Part shown: positions 26,423 through 34,850 of the stretch, piece after piece
Layout: each line of letters begins with the position of its first letter
Position numbering within the stretch: the stretch's first letter is position 1
DNA from: Candidatus Competibacterales bacterium
GTDB taxonomy: Bacteria; Pseudomonadota; Gammaproteobacteria; Competibacterales; JAHEDQ01
Assembly: GCA_041587415.1 (NCBI GenBank)
Contig: JBFGYN010000003.1
Location: 1 to 34,850 of the forward strand
DNA length: 34,850 nt
Direction of reading: 5' to 3'
Translations under genes and position numbers: made by a program
Notes under the pieces: model-generated
What the model was told of the DNA's origin: nothing
Databases searched by the model: none
What the model saw: the letters and a program-made list of their open reading frames with translations, nothing else

Positions 26423-29400
26423 ATGAACGCTCCTGCTCGCATCCTGATCGCCGACGACGCGGAGGATCAGCGCATGATCCTGTCGGGTGCCCTGCGCCGT
26501 GTCGGGTACGAGGTGAATGTTGCCTCGAACGGGGCCGAGGCACTCGGTATTGCTCGGGGCACCCCACCGGATTTGATCATTACCGATGTCCTGATGCCGG
26601 AAATGGACGGCTTTGCCCTGTGCCGGGCGCTAAAGGGGGACCCAGAACTCTCGACGATTCCAGTCGTGCTCCATACGGCGACCTACCTGGACGACCGCGA
26701 TCAGGATCTGGGCCGCACCATTGGCGCTGCTCGTTACCTGGTCAAACCGGTCGAGCTGAGCAAGTTGCTGGAGGTTGTAGCGGAGTTGATTCGCGACCGA
26801 AAACCCCGGATCGAGCCGTCCCCAATCGAGCACGATTTCGATCGCCTTCACGCCGAAACGCTGGCCCGCCAGCTCGATCGGAAGGTCCGCGAGCTGGAGG
26901 AGGAGCGGAAGGCGTTGCGTGCAAGTGAACAGCTTCTGCGCGACGTCACGGAAGCCGCGAGCGACTGGATTTGGGAAACCGATGCTCAGCACCGGTACGT
27001 CCACTTGTCGGAACGTTTTACGGTGCTCACCGGCATCGAGCTGGAGCGCGTCCTGGGGCGAACGCGCTGGGAGATCGGCGGGCAGGAGGCGGACCAGCAA
27101 GCGATGGCCGAGAACCGCCGAAAAATGGAACAGCACGAGCCGTTTCGCGACTTCGTCTACCAGTCGTCGCTGCGTTCAGCAGATGGCGTGGCGCGCTACT
27201 TCAAAGTCAGCGGCAAGCCCATATTCGACGACGCAGGTGAGTTCATGGGGTACCGGGGCATCGGCGCCGACATGACCAGCCAGGCGGAGGCGGAGCGCGA
27301 ACTCGGAGAGAGCCGCCGCACGCTTCATAATCTGATGGAGAACCTTCCGGGGATGGCGTTTCGATGCCGAAACGAACGTACCTGGACCATGGATTTCATC
27401 AGCAACGGCGTCAGCCGTGTAACCGGCTATCAACCCGAGGACCTGATCGGCAATCGGCGGATTCGCTACGGGGACATGATTCACCCGGACGACCGTGAGG
27501 TGGTGTGGAGCGAGGTCCAGTCGGCGGTATGGTCCGGACGGGCGTTTCAGCTCACGTACCGACTCACGACCGCGGCCGGCGACGAGCGCTGGGTGCTGAT
27601 GCAAGGCAGGGGCGTGCTCGACGCGGACCAAATCGTGAATGCCCTCGAAGGCGTAATCCTGGACGTCACGGAGCGCAAGCAGACGGAACTGGCACTGAGT
27701 GCGCTGGCGGAGTCCACGTCCCAACCTGGCGACGCGGACTTTATTCGGCACTGCCTGGAGAGTCTCGCAAGCATCTACCGGGCGCGCTTCGCGTTCATTG
27801 GCGTCTTCCACGGAAAGGACCGGGAGCGGCTGCACACTGCTGCTTTCTGGTCGGATGGCGCTTTTCTGGAAGATCGCGTTTACCCGCTCCGCGGGACGCC
27901 CTGCGAATACATCCTGGAGCGTCGAACCCAGCTCATCTCGCGAAATGCCCGTCGGCGGTTCCCGGAGGACGAACTGCTGGCCGAGTTGGAGATCGAGAGT
28001 GTCTTCGGAATGCCACTCACGTCGGCGGGTGGTGAAGACCTTGGCGTGGTTGCGGTGTTGGACACGAAGGCCATCCGCCCCAATGTATGGGCGCGACCGG
28101 TTCTTGGAATATTTGCGAATCGGCTCGCCCTCGAGCTGGAGCGCCAACGCACGGATGAGCAGATACGTCGCAGCCGGGAACTGCTTCGCTTGACTTTGGA
28201 GAATGCGCCAATCGGCATTGGCGCCGCTGACATTCGCGGCCGAATCGTCAGCGTCAATCCCATGTTCTGTTCGATTCTCGGGTACACGGCCGAGGAACTC
28301 CTCCAGTTGTCCGTGCCAGACATATTGGACCCTGGCGATCTCGACACAACGGTGCAGCGCAATCGCGCGCTGGTGCGCGGCGACATACCCGGCTACGAGT
28401 TGGAAACCCGGTTCATTCGCAAGTCCGGTGAGATTATCGACGCTTTCGTTCGCGTCGGCCTGGTTCACGACGCGGAAGGCAAACCGCTCATGACGGTTGG
28501 CCAGGTGGAGGACATCACGGAGCGCAAACAGACTGAACGGGCCTTGCGCGAGAGCGAAAGGCGACTGCGTGCCTTCTACGACAATTCGCCGTCCGAGATT
28601 TATCTGAAGGATTCGGCTGGGCGCTACGTGCTCGTGAACCGCCATTTCGAGAAGACCCACGGGCTGCGCAAGGAAGATGTGATTAACAAGACCTCCGCCG
28701 ACATCTACGATGCGGAACTTGCCGCGAAGGTCACCGAGCATGACGACCTGGTTCTGGAAACCGGCAATGTCATTGCGCGGGAGTACGAGGTACCGCTCAG
28801 CGATGGCGTGCACACGCTCATCACCAGCAAATTTCCGATCCCCAATGCCAGCGGTGGTATCGCCGGTATCGGCGCAATTTCCACCGACATAACGGATCGC
28901 AAGAAAGCCGAAGAGGAGCGTCGCCGCGTTCGCCAATATCTCAAGAGCATCGTGGATTCCATGCCGTCGGTGCTGATCGGTGTGGATCAGGTCGGTGCCG
29001 TGACTGAGTGGAACAAGCTCGCGGCGCAGCTCAGCGGCGTGGAGCCCGAGATGGCCATCGGTCGTAAGGTGATCGATCTGGTTCCGCAACTCGCGGACGA
29101 GTGGGGGCGAATTCACGATGCAATCGGGAAGCAGGCACCGTACAAGCTCGAACGTCTCCTTTGGGAGATCGACGGCGAGCCGCGGGTCGCCGATCTGACG
29201 GTCTATCCGCTCACGGCTTCCGGTGAGCTCGGTGGCGTCATTCGCGTCGACGACGTCACGGCCAGAATACGCATGGAGGAGATCATGGTGCAGACGGAGA
29301 AGATGCTCTCCGTAGGTGGACTCGCGGCAGGTATGGCTCACGAGATCAACAACCCCCTCGGTGTGATACTCCAAAGCTGCCAAAACGTGCAGCGGCGAAT

Positions 29401-30061
29401 TTCGCCGGAGTTGGAGAACAACCGCCAGGTTGCCGGATCCATTGGCCTCGATCTGTACGCCATGCAGCGCTACATGCAGGAGCGCCGCGTTCTGGGATTT
29501 CTGGAGGACATCCAGGATGCCGGGAAGCGCGCCGCTCGTATCGTGACGGACATGCTTGCCTTCAGTCGAAAAAGCCTCTCGGATCTCGTTCCGGCGAATC
29601 TCCACGACCTACTCGACACCGCAATTCGGCTCGCCGCAAGCGACTACGACCTAAAAAAGCGGTACGACTTCAAGCAGATCGAGATCGTGCGCGACTATGA
29701 CCCGGCGGTTGCCGAGGTAAAGTGCGACCCCACTGAAATCGAGCAGGTCGTATTGAACCTCGTCCGCAATGCCGCGCAAGCAATGTCCCACGGCAGCCCC
29801 TCGCCCCGAATCACGATTCGAACGAAACGCGAGGACGGTCACGTTCGCGTCGACGTGATCGACAATGGTCCGGGCATGGACGAGGCGACGCGAAAACGCG
29901 TGTTCGAGCCGTTTTTCACTACCAAAGAAGTGGGGGTCGGAACGGGCCTGGGGCTTGCCGTGTCGTATTTCATAGTCTCGGAGCAGCACAAGGGTACGTT
30001 GAGTGTCGAATCCTCGCCTGGCAGGGGCGCCCACTTTACGATGCGACTACCGCGCCGCTGA
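26423..30061 (+). CDS. Cytoplasmic hybrid histidine kinase: REC-PAS-PAS-GAF-PAS-PAS-PAS-HisKA-HATPase
   Basis: REC (ILIADD, TDVLMPEMDG, KP); repeated PAS/PAC ends (DVTERK, DITERK, DITDRK); GAF with GTPCE; H-box AHEINNPL; N-box QVVLNLVRNA; DNGPG, FEPFFTTK and GTGLGL. No TM segment seen. ATG26336 is an alternative start. Confidence 0.92.
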   Translation: MNAPARILIADDAEDQRMILSGALRRVGYEVNVASNGAEALGIARGTPPDLIITDVLMPEMDGFALCRALKGDPELSTIPVVLHTATYLDDRDQDLGRTIGAARYLVKPVELSKLLEVVAELIRDRKPRIEPSPIEHDFDRLHAETLARQLDRKVRELEEERKALRASEQLLRDVTEAASDWIWETDAQHRYVHLSERFTVLTGIELERVLGRTRWEIGGQEADQQAMAENRRKMEQHEPFRDFVYQSSLRSADGVARYFKVSGKPIFDDAGEFMGYRGIGADMTSQAEAERELGESRRTLHNLMENLPGMAFRCRNERTWTMDFISNGVSRVTGYQPEDLIGNRRIRYGDMIHPDDREVVWSEVQSAVWSGRAFQLTYRLTTAAGDERWVLMQGRGVLDADQIVNALEGVILDVTERKQTELALSALAESTSQPGDADFIRHCLESLASIYRARFAFIGVFHGKDRERLHTAAFWSDGAFLEDRVYPLRGTPCEYILERRTQLISRNARRRFPEDELLAELEIESVFGMPLTSAGGEDLGVVAVLDTKAIRPNVWARPVLGIFANRLALELERQRTDEQIRRSRELLRLTLENAPIGIGAADIRGRIVSVNPMFCSILGYTAEELLQLSVPDILDPGDLDTTVQRNRALVRGDIPGYELETRFIRKSGEIIDAFVRVGLVHDAEGKPLMTVGQVEDITERKQTERALRESERRLRAFYDNSPSEIYLKDSAGRYVLVNRHFEKTHGLRKEDVINKTSADIYDAELAAKVTEHDDLVLETGNVIAREYEVPLSDGVHTLITSKFPIPNASGGIAGIGAISTDITDRKKAEEERRRVRQYLKSIVDSMPSVLIGVDQVGAVTEWNKLAAQLSGVEPEMAIGRKVIDLVPQLADEWGRIHDAIGKQAPYKLERLLWEIDGEPRVADLTVYPLTASGELGGVIRVDDVTARIRMEEIMVQTEKMLSVGGLAAGMAHEINNPLGVILQSCQNVQRRISPELENNRQVAGSIGLDLYAMQRYMQERRVLGFLEDIQDAGKRAARIVTDMLAFSRKSLSDLVPANLHDLLDTAIRLAASDYDLKKRYDFKQIEIVRDYDPAVAEVKCDPTEIEQVVLNLVRNAAQAMSHGSPSPRITIRTKREDGHVRVDVIDNGPGMDEATRKRVFEPFFTTKEVGVGTGLGLAVSYFIVSEQHKGTLSVESSPGRGAHFTMRLPRR

Positions 30062-30137
30062 GTGGCCTGGAAGTTGAATGCCGATGGGGAGCGGGCATTT
30101 GGAAGCGACGTCGCAGTTGCTGGTGCGAGGAGATTGG

Positions 30138-30518
30138 ATGGAGACTACTGTAACCTCGGTACTCGTTGTCGAAGACGAGGCCGAGATTCGTCGAAACCTG
30201 CAGGTATATCTCGAAGATGAGGGCATGGTGACGGCCGGTGTGGAAACCTGTGAGCAGGCCATGGCCCTGTTGGCATCCGGTCGCCGATTCGATGTATGCA
30301 TTGTCGACCTATTGCTTCATGGCATGCGCGGCGACGATGGCATACTCGCGCTGAGAGAATTGGACGTGGACCTGCGGTTTTTGATACACACCGGCTCTTG
30401 CGAATTCTCGCCGACACCGGAGTTGCGGCAATTGGGCATTGGTGACGAGCACGTTTTCTTCAAGCCAGTGGAAGACATGGGCAAGCTGGCCGACGCCGTG
30501 CGCTGGGCGCCACCTTGA
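30138..30518 (+). CDS. Single-domain response regulator (REC)
   Basis: VLVVEDE, CIVDLLL (phospho-Asp), IHTG and FKP; GAGGAG RBS. Confidence 0.87.
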   Translation: METTVTSVLVVEDEAEIRRNLQVYLEDEGMVTAGVETCEQAMALLASGRRFDVCIVDLLLHGMRGDDGILALRELDVDLRFLIHTGSCEFSPTPELRQLGIGDEHVFFKPVEDMGKLADAVRWAPP

Positions 30519-30528
30519 ACTGGCCGAT

Positions 30529-31716
30529 ATGATGAGTGAGGCCGCAAAAGTCCTGGTGATCGATGATGAAGCCGCCGTGCGTCAGAGCATCATCGCTTAC
30601 CTGGAAGACAGCGGGTTCGAGACCATAGAGGCCGCGGACGGGCGAGCGGGCGTCGATTGCATCAGTCAGAATGATCCCGACGTGGTCTTGTGCGATTTGC
30701 GAATGCCCGGCATGGACGGGATGGACGTGCTGGAGTGGGCTGGGCGGGAGCGCGTTGAAACGCCGATCCTAGTCGTATCCGGCCTGGGCGGCCTGGGTGA
30801 CGCCATCAAAGCACTCAAGCTCGGCGCGTGGGACTACATCACCAAACCGATTCAGGACATGGCCGTTCTGGAACACGCGGTTCGCCAGGCGTTAGAACGC
30901 GCAGATCTGATCCGTCAAAACAGGATATACCGGGAACATCTGGAACACGCCAACGAAAAATTGGAAGAGAGTTTGCGCCAGCTGGAAGAGGACGAGCGTG
31001 CCGGACGCCGAATCCAGTTCCAGCTCATGCCCAAAGACGGCGCGGTGCTCGGTGGGTTTCGATTCAGCAGACGGCTGCTTACTTCCACCTACCTGAGCGG
31101 TGATTTCGTCGACTACTTCGTCATCGACAGACGCTACGTCGGCTTCTACATCGCCGATGTGTCCGGACACGGCGTCTCGTCGGCCCTCATCACACTGATG
31201 TTGAACAATTACATCAACCGCCTCCTCGAGGGCTACCGGCAGTTCGGCAAAGAAGCAATCATTCAGCCCGCCGTCACGCTGGAGAAGCTGAATCGCGCGA
31301 CCATCCGCGCTGAGCTTGGAAAGTATTTGACCATTCTCTACGGGGTGTTTGATTTGGAGGAAAACCGCCTGCGGCTCAGCAATGCTGGACAGTTCCCATA
31401 CCCCATTCTGTACTGCGATGCCCAGGCGAGCTATCTCGAGCAGAAAAGCATGCCGGTGGGTTTGTTCGATTTCGCAGAGTTTGGCGAGTTGACGATCGAT
31501 CTTCCAGACCAGTTTGCGCTGGCCCTTTTCTCGGACGGCATTCTGGAAGTTCTCGAGCAGCCGAGTATGCGCGCCAAAGAAGACTATCTACTCGAGTCCG
31601 TCGACCGGATCGATCCCGGCGCGGGCGATTTGGCAGCGCGGCTCGGCGTCGTGGGCGAATCCGACATTCCCGACGACGTCACCCTTTTGTTGATAACCCG
31701 GAATAAAGAATCATGA
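30529..31716 (+). CDS. rssB: Response regulator with SpoIIE/PP2C phosphatase output (Pseudomonas-type RssB-like)
   Basis: REC (VIDDE, YLEDSGF, CDLRMPGMDG, DYITKP), coiled coil, then YLSGDFVDYF, ADVSGHG, FSDGILE and DDVT. Confidence 0.8.
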   Translation: MMSEAAKVLVIDDEAAVRQSIIAYLEDSGFETIEAADGRAGVDCISQNDPDVVLCDLRMPGMDGMDVLEWAGRERVETPILVVSGLGGLGDAIKALKLGAWDYITKPIQDMAVLEHAVRQALERADLIRQNRIYREHLEHANEKLEESLRQLEEDERAGRRIQFQLMPKDGAVLGGFRFSRRLLTSTYLSGDFVDYFVIDRRYVGFYIADVSGHGVSSALITLMLNNYINRLLEGYRQFGKEAIIQPAVTLEKLNRATIRAELGKYLTILYGVFDLEENRLRLSNAGQFPYPILYCDAQASYLEQKSMPVGLFDFAEFGELTIDLPDQFALALFSDGILEVLEQPSMRAKEDYLLESVDRIDPGAGDLAARLGVVGESDIPDDVTLLLITRNKES

Positions 31717-32213
31717 GCATCGGCGAAGCCTATTACGCATGGCACGGCGATACCTGTGTGCTTCGCCTCGTTGGCGAGGTTCGCTATACACTTGGTACGG
31801 ATCTGGATCGGTTCATCGAGAGGCTATTCTCCGGCGAGCGCTGTCGGGAAGTGCTGATCGATCTGACCGCAAGCAAATCCATCGACAGCACGAGCCTCGG
31901 GCTGTTGGCGAAAATTGCCAACCTGTTACGTCCTCGAGGGCGAACTGCAACCATTGTTTCCACCAACCCGGACATCGACCGAACACTGGAAACTGTCGGT
32001 TTCGATCAAGTATTCACCATTCTTCACGAGGGGAAAGGGGACACGCCCGCGGCCAGGTCGTTGCCGCACATCGATAGCGACAAGAGCGAAATGGCCGATA
32101 CGATACGCGAGGCCCACCAGATCCTATGCGATCTGAACGATGGCAACCGTGAAATGTTCCAGAGCGTCGTCGACGCACTGGAGCCGAAGGACGGCAAGCC
32201 CCGACATCAGTAG
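31713..32213 (+). CDS. rssC: STAS-domain anti-sigma factor antagonist (RssC-like)
   Basis: LRLVGEVR, IDLT....IDSTSLGLLAKI, GFDQVF and C-terminal EAH..L..L...N...F..VV..L; ATGA overlap with the rssB-like gene. Confidence 0.78.
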   Translation: MSIGEAYYAWHGDTCVLRLVGEVRYTLGTDLDRFIERLFSGERCREVLIDLTASKSIDSTSLGLLAKIANLLRPRGRTATIVSTNPDIDRTLETVGFDQVFTILHEGKGDTPAARSLPHIDSDKSEMADTIREAHQILCDLNDGNREMFQSVVDALEPKDGKPRHQ

Positions 32214-32243
32214 CGCGGGAATCTCGTTGCGGTAGGCCCGGCT

Positions 32244-32669
32244 CTATGGCCTGATGTACAGGTACCCCTGCTGCTGCAGTTCGGCAATGCGTACGACGCC
32301 ACCCTGATCGACTCGCACGAATCCCGGAACCAAATCGCTTAGCTGCACGTCTTGCGCGGTCATCGTGTTTCCGCAGGCATTGAACTGCACGCCTTCGCCC
32401 TGGAGGTTGGTCAATGACTCCCGGAGTTTGTCCGTTGCCTCGATTTCGTGGAACGCTTTCAGGCCTGGTCCGTGGACCACCAGGACGATTTCCACGTTCT
32501 CCGGGCCGCCGACGCCTTTGATGTGATTTTCGATGTTGTTCAGTGCGAAGTTGACCTTCTCGGCGTCGGCAACGTGGTATACGACTCTTTGCTTCTCGGC
32601 GGCAACAGCGCTGCCGGCGGTCAACGCACATGCGATGGCCAGGATCGCCAGTACTGACTTGATGCCCAT
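32244..32669 (-). CDS. Exported DsrE/DsrF-like family protein
   Basis: Signal peptide (AVA-AE); VVYHV, ALNNIENH, VVHGPG, ACGNT, GVVRIAELQQQGYLYIRP; AGGAGG RBS. Confidence 0.87.
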   Translation of the reverse strand: MGIKSVLAILAIACALTAGSAVAAEKQRVVYHVADAEKVNFALNNIENHIKGVGGPENVEIVLVVHGPGLKAFHEIEATDKLRESLTNLQGEGVQFNACGNTMTAQDVQLSDLVPGFVRVDQGGVVRIAELQQQGYLYIRP

Positions 32670-32747
32670 GAGGAACGCCTCCTAAGGGTGGAACTTTCGA
32701 CTATGAATAGATCATGGTCTTTCGGACAGTTGCAGAGTATCAATATC

Positions 32748-34142
32748 ATGCACCTTCTTACGAGTGGTCTCGGGGCCGCCCTCTTCGCCGTCATCGCGGC
32801 TACCGGCGCCGCCGAGGTGCGGGTCGATGCAGATGACCAGACCGCCATTTCCCTGACCGTCTACGACCAGGACCTGGCACTGGTTCGAGACCGGCGCAGC
32901 ATCGCCCTCACGAATGGCGAAACCGATCTGGCCTTTGCCGATGTGAGCGCAAGAATTCGGCCCGAAACGGCCGTCCTCTACGGCGAGCTCGCCGTGCTGG
33001 AGCAGAATTTCGATTACGACCTCCTGACCCCGGAGCAACTGCTTGCGAAGTTCGTCGGTCGGGAAATCGGCCTGGTGCGGACCCATCCCCAAACCGGCGA
33101 GGAGAAGCGGGAGAGCGCCACGCTTCTCAGCGTCGCGAACGGCGGTGTCGTGTTCCGCTTCGGTGATCGGATCGAGACCGGTGGGCTCGGCAGTCCGTGG
33201 CGCTACGTATTCGATGAAGTCCCATCCAACCTACGCGAGCGTCCGACGCTCAGCATGTTGGTGGCGCACGCGGGCGAGGCACAGCGCGACGTGGAACTCG
33301 CCTATCTGACCGGCGGGCTGTCCTGGCAGGCCGATTACATTGCGACACTGCAGGATGACGGCGCGCACTTCGATCTCAGCGCCTGGGTAACGGCCACCAA
33401 CACCAGCGGTGTCAGCTACCGTAACGCCCGCCTTCAATTCGTTGCAGGCCAGCTCAACCTGCTAGCGACGCCCGGGCCGGAGGCGATGCAAACGATGGTG
33501 AAGATGGTGGACGCCCCGCCGACCATGGAGCGCGAGTCGTTGTTCGAATACCACCTCTACACATTGCCCAGAACCACCACCCTCCGCGACCAGCAAGCGA
33601 AGCAATTGCTGTTGCTGCAGGCCTCCGGCGTCCCGGTTACCACTCGCTATCGCATCGACGTCAGCGGCCCGGTGCACGGGCCCCAGTACGACACGAGGGA
33701 GGGTCGCGCGGAAACGTTGTTGACTTTCGAGAACGAAGCACCGGCACTCGGCCAACCGCTGCCGGCGGGGGTGATTCGATTCTACCGGCGGGACGCCAAT
33801 GGCAGCGCGCACTTTATTGGCGAGAATTACATCGATCACACCCCGGTGGGCCGCGAGCTCGACCTCATCGTCGGCAGCGCCTTCGACATCACGTCCGAGA
33901 CCCGGCAGACCCGGTTCGAAAAAGGCATCGGCACGGAGCGAACCAGCGACTGGGAAGTGGTGGTTTACAATGCTAAGCAGAACCCGATTACCGTGCAGCT
34001 CCAGGCACGATTCCCGGCGGACTGGGCCATCGAACAGGAAAGCCAGCCCCACGACAAACCGGACGCCGCGACCGCGCTATGGTCCCTACTGGTGCCCGAA
34101 TCGGGTAATGCCAAATTGAGCTACCGCGTGCACGTGCGGTGA
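32748..34142 (+). CDS. DUF4139 domain-containing exported protein
   Basis: Signal-like N-terminus; SLTVY..DLALVRD.R, EQNFDYDLL, YLTGGLSWQADY, FEYHLY, KQL.L, LGQPLPAG..RFY and FIGE..IDHTP. The start is uncertain. Confidence 0.85.
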   Translation: MHLLTSGLGAALFAVIAATGAAEVRVDADDQTAISLTVYDQDLALVRDRRSIALTNGETDLAFADVSARIRPETAVLYGELAVLEQNFDYDLLTPEQLLAKFVGREIGLVRTHPQTGEEKRESATLLSVANGGVVFRFGDRIETGGLGSPWRYVFDEVPSNLRERPTLSMLVAHAGEAQRDVELAYLTGGLSWQADYIATLQDDGAHFDLSAWVTATNTSGVSYRNARLQFVAGQLNLLATPGPEAMQTMVKMVDAPPTMERESLFEYHLYTLPRTTTLRDQQAKQLLLLQASGVPVTTRYRIDVSGPVHGPQYDTREGRAETLLTFENEAPALGQPLPAGVIRFYRRDANGSAHFIGENYIDHTPVGRELDLIVGSAFDITSETRQTRFEKGIGTERTSDWEVVVYNAKQNPITVQLQARFPADWAIEQESQPHDKPDAATALWSLLVPESGNAKLSYRVHVR

Positions 34143-34165
34143 GCAAACGCTAATTCAGGCAAGGT

Positions 34166-34537
34166 ATGTTCGTGAACGCCAAGCCCGAGAAGCCGTTGCC
34201 CGTCCAATCAAACCCGGTGATTCTGTGCCGGCTCGATGACATACCCGACGGCGGCACGCGCGGCTATCCGGATACAGATCCTGCGACGATCGTGCTGGTG
34301 CGAAGCGGCGACGAAGTGCGCGCATTTGAGAACCGCTGCCCGCACACCGGGGCACCGATGGAGTGGCGGCGCCATCAGTTCCTGTCGTTCGACGATTATC
34401 ATCTCGCCTGCGGCATCCACGGTGCCCTCTTCCGGCCCGATGATGGGTTTTGCGTGGCGGGACCGTGCAGCGGCGCGTCTTTGATGCCCGTCACGGTGCG
34501 TGTCGTGGACGGATGCGTCCTGCTCGACACAGATTGA
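34166..34537 (+). CDS. Rieske [2Fe-2S] ferredoxin
   Basis: NRCPHTG and CGIHGALF ligand boxes; DGFCVAGPC.G..L. Confidence 0.9.
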   Translation: MFVNAKPEKPLPVQSNPVILCRLDDIPDGGTRGYPDTDPATIVLVRSGDEVRAFENRCPHTGAPMEWRRHQFLSFDDYHLACGIHGALFRPDDGFCVAGPCSGASLMPVTVRVVDGCVLLDTD

Positions 34538-34700
34538 TTGCAGGCACCTCCGGCAGTGTCGAAGTCCGTGTTTGATTACGGAATCGTTTCGTGCAGCAGC
34601 TTCCCGCGAGCAAAGGTCCGCGCGTACAATGTTGAATCATAACGGAATCGGCGCACGAAACGGTGAGAGATCAAATGCGCTACCTGCAGGCTGCTCGCGC

Positions 34701-34759
34701 GATATGCGGAAACATTCCGTAGTGCGAAGCGGAATGTTTCCGTCTACTCAATGTTATAT
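34701..34759 (+). mobile_element. attC-like (integron cassette recombination site-like) hairpin, apparently degenerate or partial
   Basis: Perfect 13-bp inverted repeat CGGAAACATTCCG (34707-19) / CGGAATGTTTCCG (34730-42), ending in GTTATAT (34753-59) 13 nt before a start codon. The symmetric left AAC box is missing. Confidence 0.35.
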
Positions 34760-34772
34760 CTCATGAAACATT

Positions 34773-34850
34773 ATGAATGAACAAAGGTTCTCCGAGCGCC
34801 AGGGGCTTCGAACCACGTCGGAAGTTGAAATTTCTGTTCGTTCCGATGCC
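34773..34850 (+). CDS. 5' end of a CDS running off the window, resembling AbiJ N-terminal domain 4 proteins
   Basis: Open for 26 codons: MNEQRFSERQGLRTTSEVEISVRSDA. FSERQG...EI.VR.DA resembles the AbiJ-NTD4 start as I recall it. It is too short for a firm call. Confidence 0.4.
   Translation, partial: MNEQRFSERQGLRTTSEVEISVRSDA

Noticed and set aside
27176-29605. 809-aa antisense ORF, and similar long antisense ORFs at 7708-8721, 13427-14230 and 23201-24004
   Set aside because: They are shadows of well-supported genes on the opposite strand in GC-rich DNA and have no protein motifs.
1-34850. CRISPR arrays, tRNA/rRNA genes, IS elements
   Set aside because: No regularly spaced repeats, cloverleaf or rRNA-like segments, or transposase ORFs were seen; intergenic gaps are short.

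Overview
A GC-rich, densely coding bacterial chromosome segment. Gene content (sohB, ttcA, yjgN, rarD, Pseudomonas-type rssB/rssC) suggests a Gammaproteobacterium; this is an inference. From left to right it holds: a 5'-truncated c-di-GMP-I (GEMM) riboswitch ahead of a DUF1461/Lit-like membrane protein; sohB; a DUF3179 CxxC protein; an Xis-HTH/PBP-like (TaoR-type) regulator beside a tupBCA tungstate ABC transporter; a Liv-type ABC transporter running into an arylformamidase-like hydrolase, metY, a second alpha/beta hydrolase and rarD; pckA; ttcA; an M48 peptidase/yjgN/cupin group; an uncharacterised metzincin-like protein with a candidate sigma-54 promoter; a polar amino acid ABC transporter; a large REC-PAS-GAF kinase with a single-domain receiver, a REC-PP2C protein and a STAS protein; a periplasmic DsrE-like protein; DUF4139; and a Rieske ferredoxin. 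At the right edge an attC-like hairpin precedes a truncated ORF resembling AbiJ-NTD4 proteins. I saw no rRNA, tRNA, CRISPR array, integrase or transposase. The strongest candidates for novelty are the riboswitch-controlled Lit-like gene, the kinase-linked RssB/RssC module and the phased repeats upstream of tupB. All family calls come from motifs recognised by eye; no database search was run.
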